A DNA stretch of 50,835 bases from an uncultured bacterium (GTDB lineage: Bacteria; Krumholzibacteriota; Krumholzibacteriia; WVZY01; JAKEHA01), in the NCBI GenBank assembly GCA_965372335.1, contig CBDVBX010000001.1:1-50835 (forward strand). Direction: 5' to 3'. The notes beneath the pieces were generated by a model, which made no database searches, was not told the DNA's origin, and worked only from the letters and a program-made list of their open reading frames with translations. Shown here in pieces: positions 34,020 through 43,502 of the stretch. Both the position numbers and the translations under genes were made by a program. Position 1 is the stretch's first letter. Every line of letters starts with the position of its first letter.

Positions 34020-34805
34020 ATGAACGAATTCGATAATGAAATTCTGAAGGAGGAAGCCGAGTTTGCCGATGGCCAGTACCTGGGCTATGCCGATGATCTC
34101 GATATTTCGGAGATAATGTTCCGCAGATACTCCCATCCTGTCGATATGTGGGATTGGCGCCAAAAGGCGGCCGCCCTGATCGGAGATCTCGAGGGAAAAT
34201 CATTTCTGGATTACGGTTGCGGTATGGGTGAGGAATCCGTTTACGCGGCAAAACTGGGCGCCATAGTCACCGCGATCGATATTTCGCCGGTGGGAATCGA
34301 GATCACCCAGAAAAGAGCCGCGCATAACAACGTCTCCGACAGAATCACCACACACCTGATGAAGGGGAATCCGACAGACTTTCCCCCTGATACTTTCGAC
34401 ATTGTGCATGGACTCGGGATACTCCATCATATCGGCCTGGACGATGCACTTCCAGAGGTGGAGCGCATCCTGAAACCGGGTGGTGCCGGAATATTTTTGG
34501 AGCCGCTGGGAAACAGCGCCGCTGTAGAATGGATGAAGTACTGGCTGAGCGTTAAGCTGCGCCACGTCAAAGAGACAACGGAAGTGACCGAGAAAGAAGA
34601 AAACCTCCGATTGAAGGACTTGAAGAAGTTCGCGAACGAGTTTTCACATTTCAATGTTTATCCTTATCATCTCATCGCTCGTATTAAGTTGTTTTTCCCA
34701 AGACGACTTCACCAACCCATTTGGAAGACGGATTATTACACGCTGAAATTACTTCCGTTCCTGCAGCATTACGCAGGGGCCGCGGTGATACATTTTGTAA
34801 AGTAG
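34020..34805 (+). CDS. Class I SAM-dependent methyltransferase
   Basis: 261 aa. Motif I is FLDYGCGMGEES. AIDISP and ILKPGGAGIF are also present. GC content is visibly lower than in the flanking genes. Confidence 0.8.
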   Translation: MNEFDNEILKEEAEFADGQYLGYADDLDISEIMFRRYSHPVDMWDWRQKAAALIGDLEGKSFLDYGCGMGEESVYAAKLGAIVTAIDISPVGIEITQKRAAHNNVSDRITTHLMKGNPTDFPPDTFDIVHGLGILHHIGLDDALPEVERILKPGGAGIFLEPLGNSAAVEWMKYWLSVKLRHVKETTEVTEKEENLRLKDLKKFANEFSHFNVYPYHLIARIKLFFPRRLHQPIWKTDYYTLKLLPFLQHYAGAAVIHFVK

Positions 34806-35152
34806 TACTCTTCCATAATCCTCCTCGTCCGCTTTCGACCGCATGGCCTCCGGCTCTCGGTATGGCCCGCAGCTCCGTACGTGATTTTACGTAGACACCT
34901 TGAGGAGGTCCGCAGATCTCGATCCCGTTTCAACCACCCTATTTCTCATAATCAGGAGGTCAGAGAGCCATGCTGTCAGTTCGACTCCTTGTCTTTGCCG
35001 GGCGATTCGTATTGCAGACACCCTTGTGAAGATGGTCACAAGACGCTCTCCCCACTTCTGCATACGTGCTTGCCAATTTGCCGCGGAATTTGTTAGAATA
35101 GCCGAACTTTCAGGGCCCGTACCCATCCGGCTCGAACCCGAAGGGAACTCCG

Positions 35153-37234
35153 ATGATCGGTAAGACGATCGCGCAATACGAGATCACTGAGAAGCTCGGC
35201 GAAGGCGGTATGGGCGTCGTGTACAAGGCGCGGGATTTCAAGTTGGATCGAAACGTCGCGCTGAAGTTTCTCCCCGCCCACCTCGGCGACAACCCCGAAC
35301 AAAACATCCGGTTCATGCACGAAGCACAGGCCGCTTCCTCTCTCGACCACCCGAACGTTTGTACGGTTTTTGACATCAACACCACGGACGACGACAGGCT
35401 GTATATCTGCATGGCATACTACGAGGGCGTGACGCTCCGTGAGAAACTCAAGGGCGATGTCATTCCCGATGATGAAGCGCTCGACATCGCCGTTCAGATC
35501 GCCAGAGGACTGGCCCGCGCTCACGAAGCGGACATCACCCACCGCGACGTCAAACCGGCCAACATCATCGTGACGCCACGAAACGAGGTCAAGATTGTCG
35601 ACTTCGGTGTCGCCAAACTGGCGCAGGGAACGGGACTGACGCGCACGGGTACCACCGTCGGAACGGTTTCTTACATGTCGCCCGAACAGGCTCGCGGCGA
35701 GCTGGTGGATCACCGCACCGACATTTGGGCGCTCGGCGTCATCCTCTACCAGATGTTCGCCGGCGAGCTGCCGTTCAAAGGCGACTTCGAAAATGCGGTG
35801 GTCTATTTCATCTTGAACGTGGACCCTCCGCCGATTCAGGAACTGCAACCGGCTGTTCCGGACGAGATCACCCGCATCGTCGACCGTGCGATGAAAAAAG
35901 ATATCAAAGAACGCTACCAGTCGATGGACGAGATTCTCGCCGACCTGGAGTCGGCGCGTGGGCAGACGCCGACGGCGATCGTCGCGGCCCGTGGCGGTCC
36001 CTGGCGGCGGTCCCGGCGGCGGTGGCCGCTCGTGGTTGGAAGTATCGTAGTGTCCGCCGCCATGGCAGTGGCCGCGACGTGGTGGTTGGCGCGGCCCGGC
36101 GGGGCCGAAGCCGGCCGCCCCGCGGCGGAAAGCGCGCGCGCGACGCTCGTACAAACAAAGCAAGAAGCGGCGGAGGTGCGGGATTTTGCGCCCGGCGAGA
36201 TCCGGACGGCACGGAAGATCCAGGAGGATGCCGAGCGGTCGTTCCAATCCGGAGACTACGAGACGGCACAACTGCTGTTCGCCCGTTCCCGGGCGATCTA
36301 CGAGCGTGTGTTGGTGGCAGCCGCGTCCTCGCAGTCAGCGTTCGAGGAGGTCGGAGGCGATGCCGTGGCCGAAGGCGACGCGGTCGAAAAGCCCTCGGAC
36401 GAGCAAACACCACCACCCGCGGTAGCGGTTTCCGCGCCGCCTTCGGAGCGGACGTCGCGTTCCGATGCGAAAGCTCGCGACCGGTCGCGGCGAGTAGAAA
36501 ACGCTCGGTCGGCCGCTATCGCAGCCGAGGCATACCTGTACGTGCAAAACGAGTACAACGCAGCCGAGGCACGCGCCGCGTTTGGGCTCGAGCGAATGGA
36601 AAAGGGAGACTACGCCGCCGCCGAAACCGCGTTCATCGACGCGGAAGCGGAGTTCCGGGCGGTCGCGGCCGCGGCTGAGACACAGAAACGCCAGACCATG
36701 GACCAGGTAGCGCAGCTTCGCGCCCGCGTCGAGACGCGCCGGAGAGAGCTCGACTCGCACCGGGGCATAGAATTATACACGCAGGCGATTGAGTTCGAAC
36801 GCGAAGCGCGCGATATGGAATCGGGCGATCCCAGGGGTGCGTTGGCGGCGTATCAGAAGTCGCTCGAGAGTCTGGAATCGGCCGCCGAGATGAGATCGCG
36901 CGACGACCGGGAAATCCGGGCGCTCATCGTCGCCTACGCGAACGCACTCGAGGGCGAAGACATCACCCGCATGAGGGACCTCTACGACTCGTTGTCAAGA
37001 GACGACGAAGAAACCTGGAGAAATTTCTTCGGCACCGTGAACGGCCTCGACGCGGAGATGCTCGTGGAAGAAATCGTGTTCGACGGCGATCGTGCGACGG
37101 TCGACGTGTCGGTGACACTTCTGTACGCCGGAGCGAGCGGATCGGATTCGCCACACCGGTGGCGCGTCGACGCCACGAGAACAGACGAGCGATGGAAAAT
37201 TTCGCACATCAACAGAGGGGATTCGTCGAGATGA
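35153..37234 (+). CDS. Hanks-type Ser/Thr protein kinase with one TM helix, extracytoplasmic helical repeats and an NTF2/SnoaL-like C-terminal domain
   Basis: GEGGMGVVYKA, VALKFL, HRDVKPANI, DFG and SPEQ are present. The TM helix is WPLVVGSIVVSAAMAVAATWWL. Repeated AE..Y..A...F helical units follow. The C-terminal IRALIVAYANALEGEDITRMRDLY...ERWKISHI looks NTF2-like. Confidence 0.9.
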   Translation: MIGKTIAQYEITEKLGEGGMGVVYKARDFKLDRNVALKFLPAHLGDNPEQNIRFMHEAQAASSLDHPNVCTVFDINTTDDDRLYICMAYYEGVTLREKLKGDVIPDDEALDIAVQIARGLARAHEADITHRDVKPANIIVTPRNEVKIVDFGVAKLAQGTGLTRTGTTVGTVSYMSPEQARGELVDHRTDIWALGVILYQMFAGELPFKGDFENAVVYFILNVDPPPIQELQPAVPDEITRIVDRAMKKDIKERYQSMDEILADLESARGQTPTAIVAARGGPWRRSRRRWPLVVGSIVVSAAMAVAATWWLARPGGAEAGRPAAESARATLVQTKQEAAEVRDFAPGEIRTARKIQEDAERSFQSGDYETAQLLFARSRAIYERVLVAAASSQSAFEEVGGDAVAEGDAVEKPSDEQTPPPAVAVSAPPSERTSRSDAKARDRSRRVENARSAAIAAEAYLYVQNEYNAAEARAAFGLERMEKGDYAAAETAFIDAEAEFRAVAAAAETQKRQTMDQVAQLRARVETRRRELDSHRGIELYTQAIEFEREARDMESGDPRGALAAYQKSLESLESAAEMRSRDDREIRALIVAYANALEGEDITRMRDLYDSLSRDDEETWRNFFGTVNGLDAEMLVEEIVFDGDRATVDVSVTLLYAGASGSDSPHRWRVDATRTDERWKISHINRGDSSR

Positions 37235-38556
37235 CGAGGACCATTCGGTTACTGGCACGTTTGACCTTGGTGTCGACGATTCTCGTCGTCGTCCCCGGCC
37301 TGGTGAGTGCACAAAGCCTCAGGCACAAGATGGAAAGGATTTTCGACGATTCGCTGCGCTTGCAGCTGGGGGGGAGTCCGGATAAGCACGCAAACCACTT
37401 CAACCCGGACAGGGTGGCCACCAGCCAGCAAACGATCGACGTTCTGACCCGCTTCATCGGCGCTAACATCTCGTTGTTCCCGCTCAATTCTACTTCCGCT
37501 TCGGTGACGTTCGACCTGAGCAGCGGCATTCCCGTGCGCAAGACATCGAGCCTCGGACCGGTCTACACCGACCGCGCGTCGTCGATCGGCAAAGGCCGCA
37601 CGATCCTCGGTTACAATTTCACGTTTATGCGGCTCAACAAGATCCGCGGTCTCGACACGCAGTCGCTGCGGTTTACGTTTTCCCACGAAGACGTGGGAGA
37701 ACCGGGCCTCGGCGATTCGGACAACGAGTTGGACACCGTCGACCTGTTCATGAATATGGATCTCGAAGCGTCGGTCCTCGCTTTTTATTTTACCCACGGC
37801 GTTTCGAAGCGGCTGGATCTGAGCCTGGCGATTCCAATCGTCAACGTTCGCATGCGAGCCGACCCGGTCGCGTACATGAACAGTTTCACCTTCGTCACCA
37901 ACGATTCGGCCAATCATTTTTTCGACGGCACGACAGTCGATCCGGTCCTGTCCACAACACCCCAGCCGATCGACGACGACGCGACCGGGATTGGAGACAT
38001 TGCTCTGCAGGCCAAATATAACTTTCTGCGCGGCGGACGGATCGAACTGGCCGCGTTGCTGGGAGCGCGGCTCGCGACGGGCGACGAGGACAACTTTCTC
38101 GGCGCCGGCGATCCTTCGTATCGCGTCGCGCTGGTGGCTTCGGGCACCCATGAGGCCGGCGCCCCCCACCTAAACCTTGCTTATGTATTCAATCAGAACG
38201 AGCTGGTCCGCGACCAGGTCGACGCGTTCCTGGCGTACGACCACAAAGCGGGAGACCGCTTGACGCTGGCGTTCGAGGTGCTGGGAAGATTCGAGGTGGG
38301 TGAGCGGATTCAGGGGAGCGACGTCCCGAATTCAGTCACGATCAGCCGGCCGGTCAGCGAGGGGACTTTCACGCGCGAAGTCGACCTGTCCAACCTCCCG
38401 GATTTTGACGACGACCACCGCGTCAGCGGCGGGGTCGGCATCAAGTTCGCCCCACGGGACTTCTTTGTTTTCATCGCCAACGTCCTGGTCCCGCTCAACG
38501 ACGGCGGCCTGCGTCCCGACGCGATAGCCACGCTGGGCTTCGAATTCAACTTCTGA
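37231..38556 (+). CDS. Outer-membrane beta-barrel protein (possibly the MetA-pathway/transporter-like OMP family)
   Basis: The start is taken at ATG 37231 (ATGA overlap with the kinase stop). This gives the signal peptide MTRTIRLLARLTLVSTILVVVPGLVSAQS. Amphipathic strands are seen throughout, and the C-terminus is ...ATLGFEFNF. Confidence 0.7.
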   Translation: MTRTIRLLARLTLVSTILVVVPGLVSAQSLRHKMERIFDDSLRLQLGGSPDKHANHFNPDRVATSQQTIDVLTRFIGANISLFPLNSTSASVTFDLSSGIPVRKTSSLGPVYTDRASSIGKGRTILGYNFTFMRLNKIRGLDTQSLRFTFSHEDVGEPGLGDSDNELDTVDLFMNMDLEASVLAFYFTHGVSKRLDLSLAIPIVNVRMRADPVAYMNSFTFVTNDSANHFFDGTTVDPVLSTTPQPIDDDATGIGDIALQAKYNFLRGGRIELAALLGARLATGDEDNFLGAGDPSYRVALVASGTHEAGAPHLNLAYVFNQNELVRDQVDAFLAYDHKAGDRLTLAFEVLGRFEVGERIQGSDVPNSVTISRPVSEGTFTREVDLSNLPDFDDDHRVSGGVGIKFAPRDFFVFIANVLVPLNDGGLRPDAIATLGFEFNF

Positions 38557-38588
38557 CGGACCCCCGCGCCGACAGCCTGCCTCGAGAT

Positions 38589-39020
38589 TCACCAGCCTCT
38601 CCGTTTCAAGAGGTCGGACATCTTTTTTTCGAGGTCCTCCTCAAAAAGAACGGCGCGCCGGTCATGCGCCTCGCCGACTTTGTCGGCTAGGGCATCGATA
38701 TCAGCCGGTTTCTCCAGAAAATCGGCGGCCCCTTGCTTGACAGCCTCGACACCCTTCTTCACCGAACCGTAACCGGTCAATATGATGATTTGCAGCGTAT
38801 CATCTTGGGCGAGCATACGCCTCATCGTCTCTATACCATCCAGCCCCGGCATGCTCATATCAAGCACGATGGCATCGTATTCTTTCTCTTTGATTCTCTC
38901 CAGTCCGTCGGCGCCGCTGTTCGCCGTGTCGACGTCGAATCCGCGGCCGCGCATCCGCTCGGCGATCACATCGGCGAACTCGACTTCATCGTCAACAATG
39001 AGCACTTTTGCCGCTGCCAT
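38589..39020 (-). CDS. Single-domain response regulator (CheY-like receiver)
   Basis: 143 aa. Contains VLIVDDE, AIVLDMSMPGLDG, IIILTG and K(Q)GAADFLEKP. Confidence 0.9.
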   Translation of the reverse strand: MAAAKVLIVDDEVEFADVIAERMRGRGFDVDTANSGADGLERIKEKEYDAIVLDMSMPGLDGIETMRRMLAQDDTLQIIILTGYGSVKKGVEAVKQGAADFLEKPADIDALADKVGEAHDRRAVLFEEDLEKKMSDLLKRRGW

Positions 39021-39064
39021 ATCGTGTTCCTTTCTCTACCCCCCGACTCCGCGACATTCCCGCT

Positions 39065-39742
39065 TTACTCCTGCGAGCCGTTGCTCCTTCCACCCGAAAA
39101 CGTTATCTCCAGCCCTCCGCTTATCGTATCCACCCGCGCATTCATGTATCTCGCAATGAGCTGGAGTTCCGCCATATCGCGGTGACCAGTATCAATCTGT
39201 CTTGGGCAGTCCAGTGTAACGAGGACGCCGTCACCTTTCGCGTGGGCTGACACGTCTATGGTATCATCGCGTTCCGCTGCCTCGAGAGCCAGTCGAATCG
39301 ATAAAAACACCGCAGCCTGCGCAAAGAACGCGCTTCCCACCAACGTCAACGGTTCTGCAGAAGAACGTAACCTGAGCCGTACGTATTTTAGCTTGGCGAG
39401 CCGCTGACAGAGCTCAACGAGGTTGCTGAGTCCTTCTGACAAGTCAAATTCGACGCGGGCCGCGTCGGTGCTGTGCGCAAACCGATTGAGCCGCCGGATG
39501 ATTCCGAGGCTACGTTCGGTTTGAGCCTGCACGGTACGAACCGCATCAGCCAACCGGTCGATGTTGATTGGGGTTCCTTCTCTTTCGGCGGCGATCATAT
39601 CCTGGAGCAACCCTGCCGTTTGATCAATAACCGACAACACGTTGTTCTGTTCATGCGTGACCGAAGCTGTGACTGCTCCGAAGAACGCCAAGCCGGCATC
39701 CAGCACGGACTGATCAGGATGTCCGATATCGTGTTTAGCCAT
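39065..39742 (-). CDS. Histidine-kinase-like protein with an H-box but a degenerate ATP-binding domain (ChpT-like histidine phosphotransferase candidate)
   Basis: 225 aa with no sensor or TM region. The H-box is ASVTHEQNNVLSVI. I can find no N-box Asn, no DxGxG and no GxGxG in the C-terminal alpha/beta part (FLSIRLALEAAERDD...VTLDCPRQID). Overlaps the upstream REC gene by 8 nt. Confidence 0.6.
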   Translation of the reverse strand: MAKHDIGHPDQSVLDAGLAFFGAVTASVTHEQNNVLSVIDQTAGLLQDMIAAEREGTPINIDRLADAVRTVQAQTERSLGIIRRLNRFAHSTDAARVEFDLSEGLSNLVELCQRLAKLKYVRLRLRSSAEPLTLVGSAFFAQAAVFLSIRLALEAAERDDTIDVSAHAKGDGVLVTLDCPRQIDTGHRDMAELQLIARYMNARVDTISGGLEITFSGGRSNGSQE

Positions 39743-40106
39743 TATCGCTCACCGCCTCACGCATCTTGGCAATCAAGTCTTCCAGCTGAACCGGCTTGAG
39801 CAGATAGTCAAAAGCACCCATTAGCTCCACGTCGGTCTCGTTGTCCGGCGCGCCGTGTCCAGTGATCAACAATACCGGCACCCGCGGGTAATCCCTGCGA
39901 AATAGCTTCAAAAGTTCGCGGCCTCCCATGCCCGGCAGTTTCAAGTCGAGCAAGACGACGTCATAATCGCACTCGCGCATCTTGAGCAAGGCGCTATAAC
40001 CATCCAATGCATAATCGGCTTCGACCCCGCGGTAGCCAAGACGCTCTACAAGAGTGGTCACCAGTTCTTCTTCGTCGTCAATCAAAAGTGCCTTGAGTTT
40101 GTCCAT
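39735..40106 (-). CDS. Single-domain response regulator (receiver)
   Basis: 123 aa. Contains ALLIDDEEE, VVLLDLKLPGMGG, VLLITGHG and DYLLKP. It starts 3 nt after the kinase stop. Confidence 0.9.
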   Translation of the reverse strand: MDKLKALLIDDEEELVTTLVERLGYRGVEADYALDGYSALLKMRECDYDVVLLDLKLPGMGGRELLKLFRRDYPRVPVLLITGHGAPDNETDVELMGAFDYLLKPVQLEDLIAKMREAVSDNG

Positions 40107-40109
40107 GGG

Positions 40110-41837
40110 TTATCCCCTCGCACCTGTGTTCTTGGCGGGCAACGTCACGGTAAACCGCGTGCCCTTACCCGGGACGCTGTGAACATGGATTTCGCCACCG
40201 AGCTTCTCGACGATGCTGCGGGTAATCGACAGCCCCAGCCCGGTCCCGAACTTGCCTTTGGTCGAGAAGAATGGTTCGAATATATGCTCCAGGTTCTCAT
40301 CAGAGATACCCACGCCGTTGTCAGTGATGGCGATCACCACCGAGCCTTCCGCACGCCCCGCACCGGAGATGTCGATACGACCACCGTCGCCGATGGCGGC
40401 GATCGCGTTACTAATGATATTCAAAAAAACCTGCTGCAGCTGACTCCGTTCGCTTTCGATTTGGGGCAGGATATCTTCGATGTCGTAATTGATTTCAATA
40501 TTACGGTGGGTCATTTCGGTGCGCTGAAAACCGACGACTTCCTCGAGCAGTTTCTTCAAGTCGACCTGCTCCTTCTGTACCTCTATGCGTCGCGAAAATC
40601 CGAGTAGCCGATGTGTCACCCGCGAGCAGCGATCGACGGACTGAAGAATAGACTCGAGCAGGCCCAGCATTTTCTCGCGTTGGGGGAAGTCCTCGGAGAA
40701 GCCGATCATGTCCTTCATCAGCCCCGCCTTCTCGTTGATAATGGCCATTGGATTGTTGATCTCGTGAGCAACCCCGCCAGACATCCGGCCTATGGTCGCC
40801 ATCTTATTCGTGTACTCCATATCATGAAGTACTTGGACCCGGCGCCGATCCGCATCGCGGAGCCGCCGGGTCATTTGGTTTGCCCCGTATACCACCACGG
40901 TTAGAATCAGGGCCGAACTGACCAACAAAAACCAGAGCACATCGGAGCGGTTATTCAACCAGTGTTGCAGGGGGTTCTCCAACCGCTTGATCACCATCAG
41001 GATAAAGGGTGTGCCATCGATGTAGGCGAATCCCGAGACGAGAAGCCCATCGGGGCCCTCAGACATCTCGATTACTTCCCGGTTGCGAGGGCCGGGTGGA
41101 ACGGCCATCTCTACCTCGCTCAAAACGGGCCCGTAAAAAACTGACTCGGTCTGCAGAACACCTCTCTGATTAATGATAAAAGCGTCGGTGAAACGATCCA
41201 GATTCAGCGAGTACACTTGGCGGTTGACCAGTTCCATATCGATTGTGGCGCGAACAATGTAAATATCTCCGGGCCGGCGTTCTTGCTTCAAAGCAATGAC
41301 GAAATGAGGGAAATTACGGTGTCCCATGAACACATCACTGACATGAACCCCCCTCAGGACCACCTCGTGGAACCAGTTTTCACCTTTGTAAACATGACCC
41401 TTGAGATCGTAGGGACCAGTATAGAAACGCTGCTGGCCGTCTGAATCGATCAACCCGAGATCAACGAAACCGCCGAACGAGTCATTGAGGTTCCCCAGTG
41501 CAATAGCAAGGGCGGAATCGCTCGCCAACTCATGGTACGCCTGCTCGCGGACCAGCAGAGCCAAAGCGGAACGGCGTTCCTCGATCACAAACTCCAGGTT
41601 GCGCTTCGTGTTGGAGAGTATCTCTGACACGGCGAAGTTACTTTCGATGTAATAGGTCTCGCGGTCCTGCCAGTAGTTGATGGCAGTCAGTATGGCTGGT
41701 GGCACCAATGCAACGACGGCGGTGATGAGGATCACATTTCGGCGCAGCCGCCGGTATTGCGGCAGCCTCGTGCCCCCGAAACCAGGATGAGGGTACGGCG
41801 GGGGAGATGGCGTCTTGGGGTCTTGGTGCGGTTCCAT
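40110..41837 (-). CDS. Membrane sensor histidine kinase with a Cache-like periplasmic domain
   Basis: Two TM helices flank an extracytoplasmic region of about 250 aa. The H-box is [14 protein letters not shown]. The N, G1 and G2 boxes are [15 protein letters not shown] and GTGLGLSI. Confidence 0.9.
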   Translation of the reverse strand: MEPHQDPKTPSPPPYPHPGFGGTRLPQYRRLRRNVILITAVVALVPPAILTAINYWQDRETYYIESNFAVSEILSNTKRNLEFVIEERRSALALLVREQAYHELASDSALAIALGNLNDSFGGFVDLGLIDSDGQQRFYTGPYDLKGHVYKGENWFHEVVLRGVHVSDVFMGHRNFPHFVIALKQERRPGDIYIVRATIDMELVNRQVYSLNLDRFTDAFIINQRGVLQTESVFYGPVLSEVEMAVPPGPRNREVIEMSEGPDGLLVSGFAYIDGTPFILMVIKRLENPLQHWLNNRSDVLWFLLVSSALILTVVVYGANQMTRRLRDADRRRVQVLHDMEYTNKMATIGRMSGGVAHEINNPMAIINEKAGLMKDMIGFSEDFPQREKMLGLLESILQSVDRCSRVTHRLLGFSRRIEVQKEQVDLKKLLEEVVGFQRTEMTHRNIEINYDIEDILPQIESERSQLQQVFLNIISNAIAAIGDGGRIDISGAGRAEGSVVIAITDNGVGISDENLEHIFEPFFSTKGKFGTGLGLSITRSIVEKLGGEIHVHSVPGKGTRFTVTLPAKNTGARG

Positions 41838-41886
41838 GTGCGAGTCCGGAACTGACCGGTCGACAATCCCGGCTGCGGATTCCCTC

Positions 41887-43191
41887 CTATGAGTCGTCGT
41901 CGCGTCGACCGACAGTTCCCTTTTTCGCCCGCGCGTAGGCCTCCCGCATCACCCGCGCCAGGATGTCGATGTCAACGGGTTTGCGGAGATAGGCATGCGC
42001 GCCGAGTTCTTCGGCCACCCTCTTTTCTTCATCGGAACCGTGGCCGGTGAGAATAATCACTTCTACTTTCGGATGGTCTCGTTTGACTCGGCGTAACGTC
42101 TCTATGCCATCGATGCCGGGCATCATCAGATCCAAAACAATCACATCCGCTTCTTTTTCCCCGAGCATTTCGAGGGCTTGTTCGCCGTCGTACGCTATTG
42201 ACGATTCCAGATTGCGGCTTCGTAGACGCTCGGATAGGGTGTGGACAAACTCCTTCTCATCGTCGACGAGCATGATCTTCGGCGGCCCTTCGATGTCGCC
42301 CCAGGGGTTGAGCGACGGTGACTCGTACCTGGCCCCCAGTCGGGTTGAGACGCTCTGCACGCCGCCCACCCTGCCGGCCACATCGGACAAGCGTTCTCGG
42401 TACCGCCCTAGCCGCATGACGTACCGGTTGATGGAAAGCACCACCTCGCCGTTCTCCGAGTGTACGTCGGCCGCCAGACCGGCCTCAGTGATTGCCAAGG
42501 CCACTTTGGCCGACACTACAAAATCCTGCATCGCCCTCCGGCAGCGTTCGGTGCTCCGCAACGGCTCGCTACGGGCGAATTCACATATCTCTTTGGCAGC
42601 TTGTTCTTCGCTGCGATCATGCATCGGCAGAACCAGATCATACAAGCTCTCGTCGTACGCCGTTTTGCCGAACAGGTACTCCGTGCACGCGAATTTCCGC
42701 TTGTCGTCTTCCTGAATGATCTTCCCAGCCTCTTTTTCCGACCTACCCCCTTGCCGGACCGCTTCCTGCACTCGATACTGGTGGTTGGCGATCAGACAGA
42801 CGCGCAAGACGTTTCCCATTGTTCGCGGCAGCAGGTGACCGGCGCAGCCACGCATGATTATATTGTCGGATTGGATCAGTTCGGACAGAACGATTCTCAT
42901 ATAGGAGACGTACTTCTCGCGCTGGTGCGTAAACTTGTTGAAAAACGGATCAGGCCCGTCGAAGGCCCTTTCCAATTTGGGAACGGGGATGCTGTAGCGT
43001 CGGGAGGTTTCTTCCATGAGCTGGTCGTCAATAAGCGAATATCCCAGCTCTTGCACCACTGCCGATGTCACCCCGTCTTCCCCACAGAAGGCGCCGCTGA
43101 AAATGCTGACAACCGCCACGGGTCCTCTCTTTCGTCGTAATCGAATCTCAGCCGTCGGATCAATTTTATATTCTTCGCCCCGGGCTTGCAA
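41887..43191 (-). CDS. Response regulator with an N-terminal cytidylate-kinase-like (Cytidylate_kin2) domain and a C-terminal receiver
   Basis: 434 aa. The N-terminus VAVVSIFSGAFCGEDGVTSAVVQELGYSLIDDQLMEE...VLRVCLIANHQYRV resembles the cytidylate-kinase-like family, but the P-loop is degenerate (no GxxGxGK). The C-terminal REC has IMLVDDEKE, VIVLDLMMPGIDG, IILTGHG and YLRKP. A non-ATG start is implied by the track. Confidence 0.7.
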   Translation of the reverse strand: MQARGEEYKIDPTAEIRLRRKRGPVAVVSIFSGAFCGEDGVTSAVVQELGYSLIDDQLMEETSRRYSIPVPKLERAFDGPDPFFNKFTHQREKYVSYMRIVLSELIQSDNIIMRGCAGHLLPRTMGNVLRVCLIANHQYRVQEAVRQGGRSEKEAGKIIQEDDKRKFACTEYLFGKTAYDESLYDLVLPMHDRSEEQAAKEICEFARSEPLRSTERCRRAMQDFVVSAKVALAITEAGLAADVHSENGEVVLSINRYVMRLGRYRERLSDVAGRVGGVQSVSTRLGARYESPSLNPWGDIEGPPKIMLVDDEKEFVHTLSERLRSRNLESSIAYDGEQALEMLGEKEADVIVLDLMMPGIDGIETLRRVKRDHPKVEVIILTGHGSDEEKRVAEELGAHAYLRKPVDIDILARVMREAYARAKKGTVGRRDDDS

Positions 43192-43502
43192 ACCATTATT
43201 TGCCTATCCCGGCGTTGTGCGCCCCCATCGCCTACACGCCCGCATTACGTGGTACGAGACACCAATGAAAACGCTTGTTACCGGAAAGACGATGGCCTAA
43301 AGTGCGTTATACCAAGGTCCGTATCCCCTGCAAGAAGCACGAGCCACGATGACCCGATGCTTTGTTGCAGAGGAGACCAGCAGCCGTGGCGTAGCCGTGA
43401 GAATCACCCGGGGCCGCTGACCCGCGCGTGGTCGAGCTCGATGTCGACCAAGTTTATGGGGTGATGACCACGATTCCATGACACGGCGATGGAGACCGAT
43501 CG

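Noticed and set aside
35093-36271. 392-aa minus-strand ORF antisense to the Ser/Thr kinase. Similar long shadow ORFs lie at 37249-38169 (-), 43902-44966 (-), 48725-49831 (+), 47878-48885 (-), 12344-13072 (-), 15188-16045 (+), 28502-29308 (+), 5977-6723 (+) and 35725-36678 (+).
   Set aside because: Each lies entirely within, or out of frame with, a gene carrying clear family motifs on the other strand or frame. Their translations are Arg/Pro/Gly-rich with no recognisable motifs.
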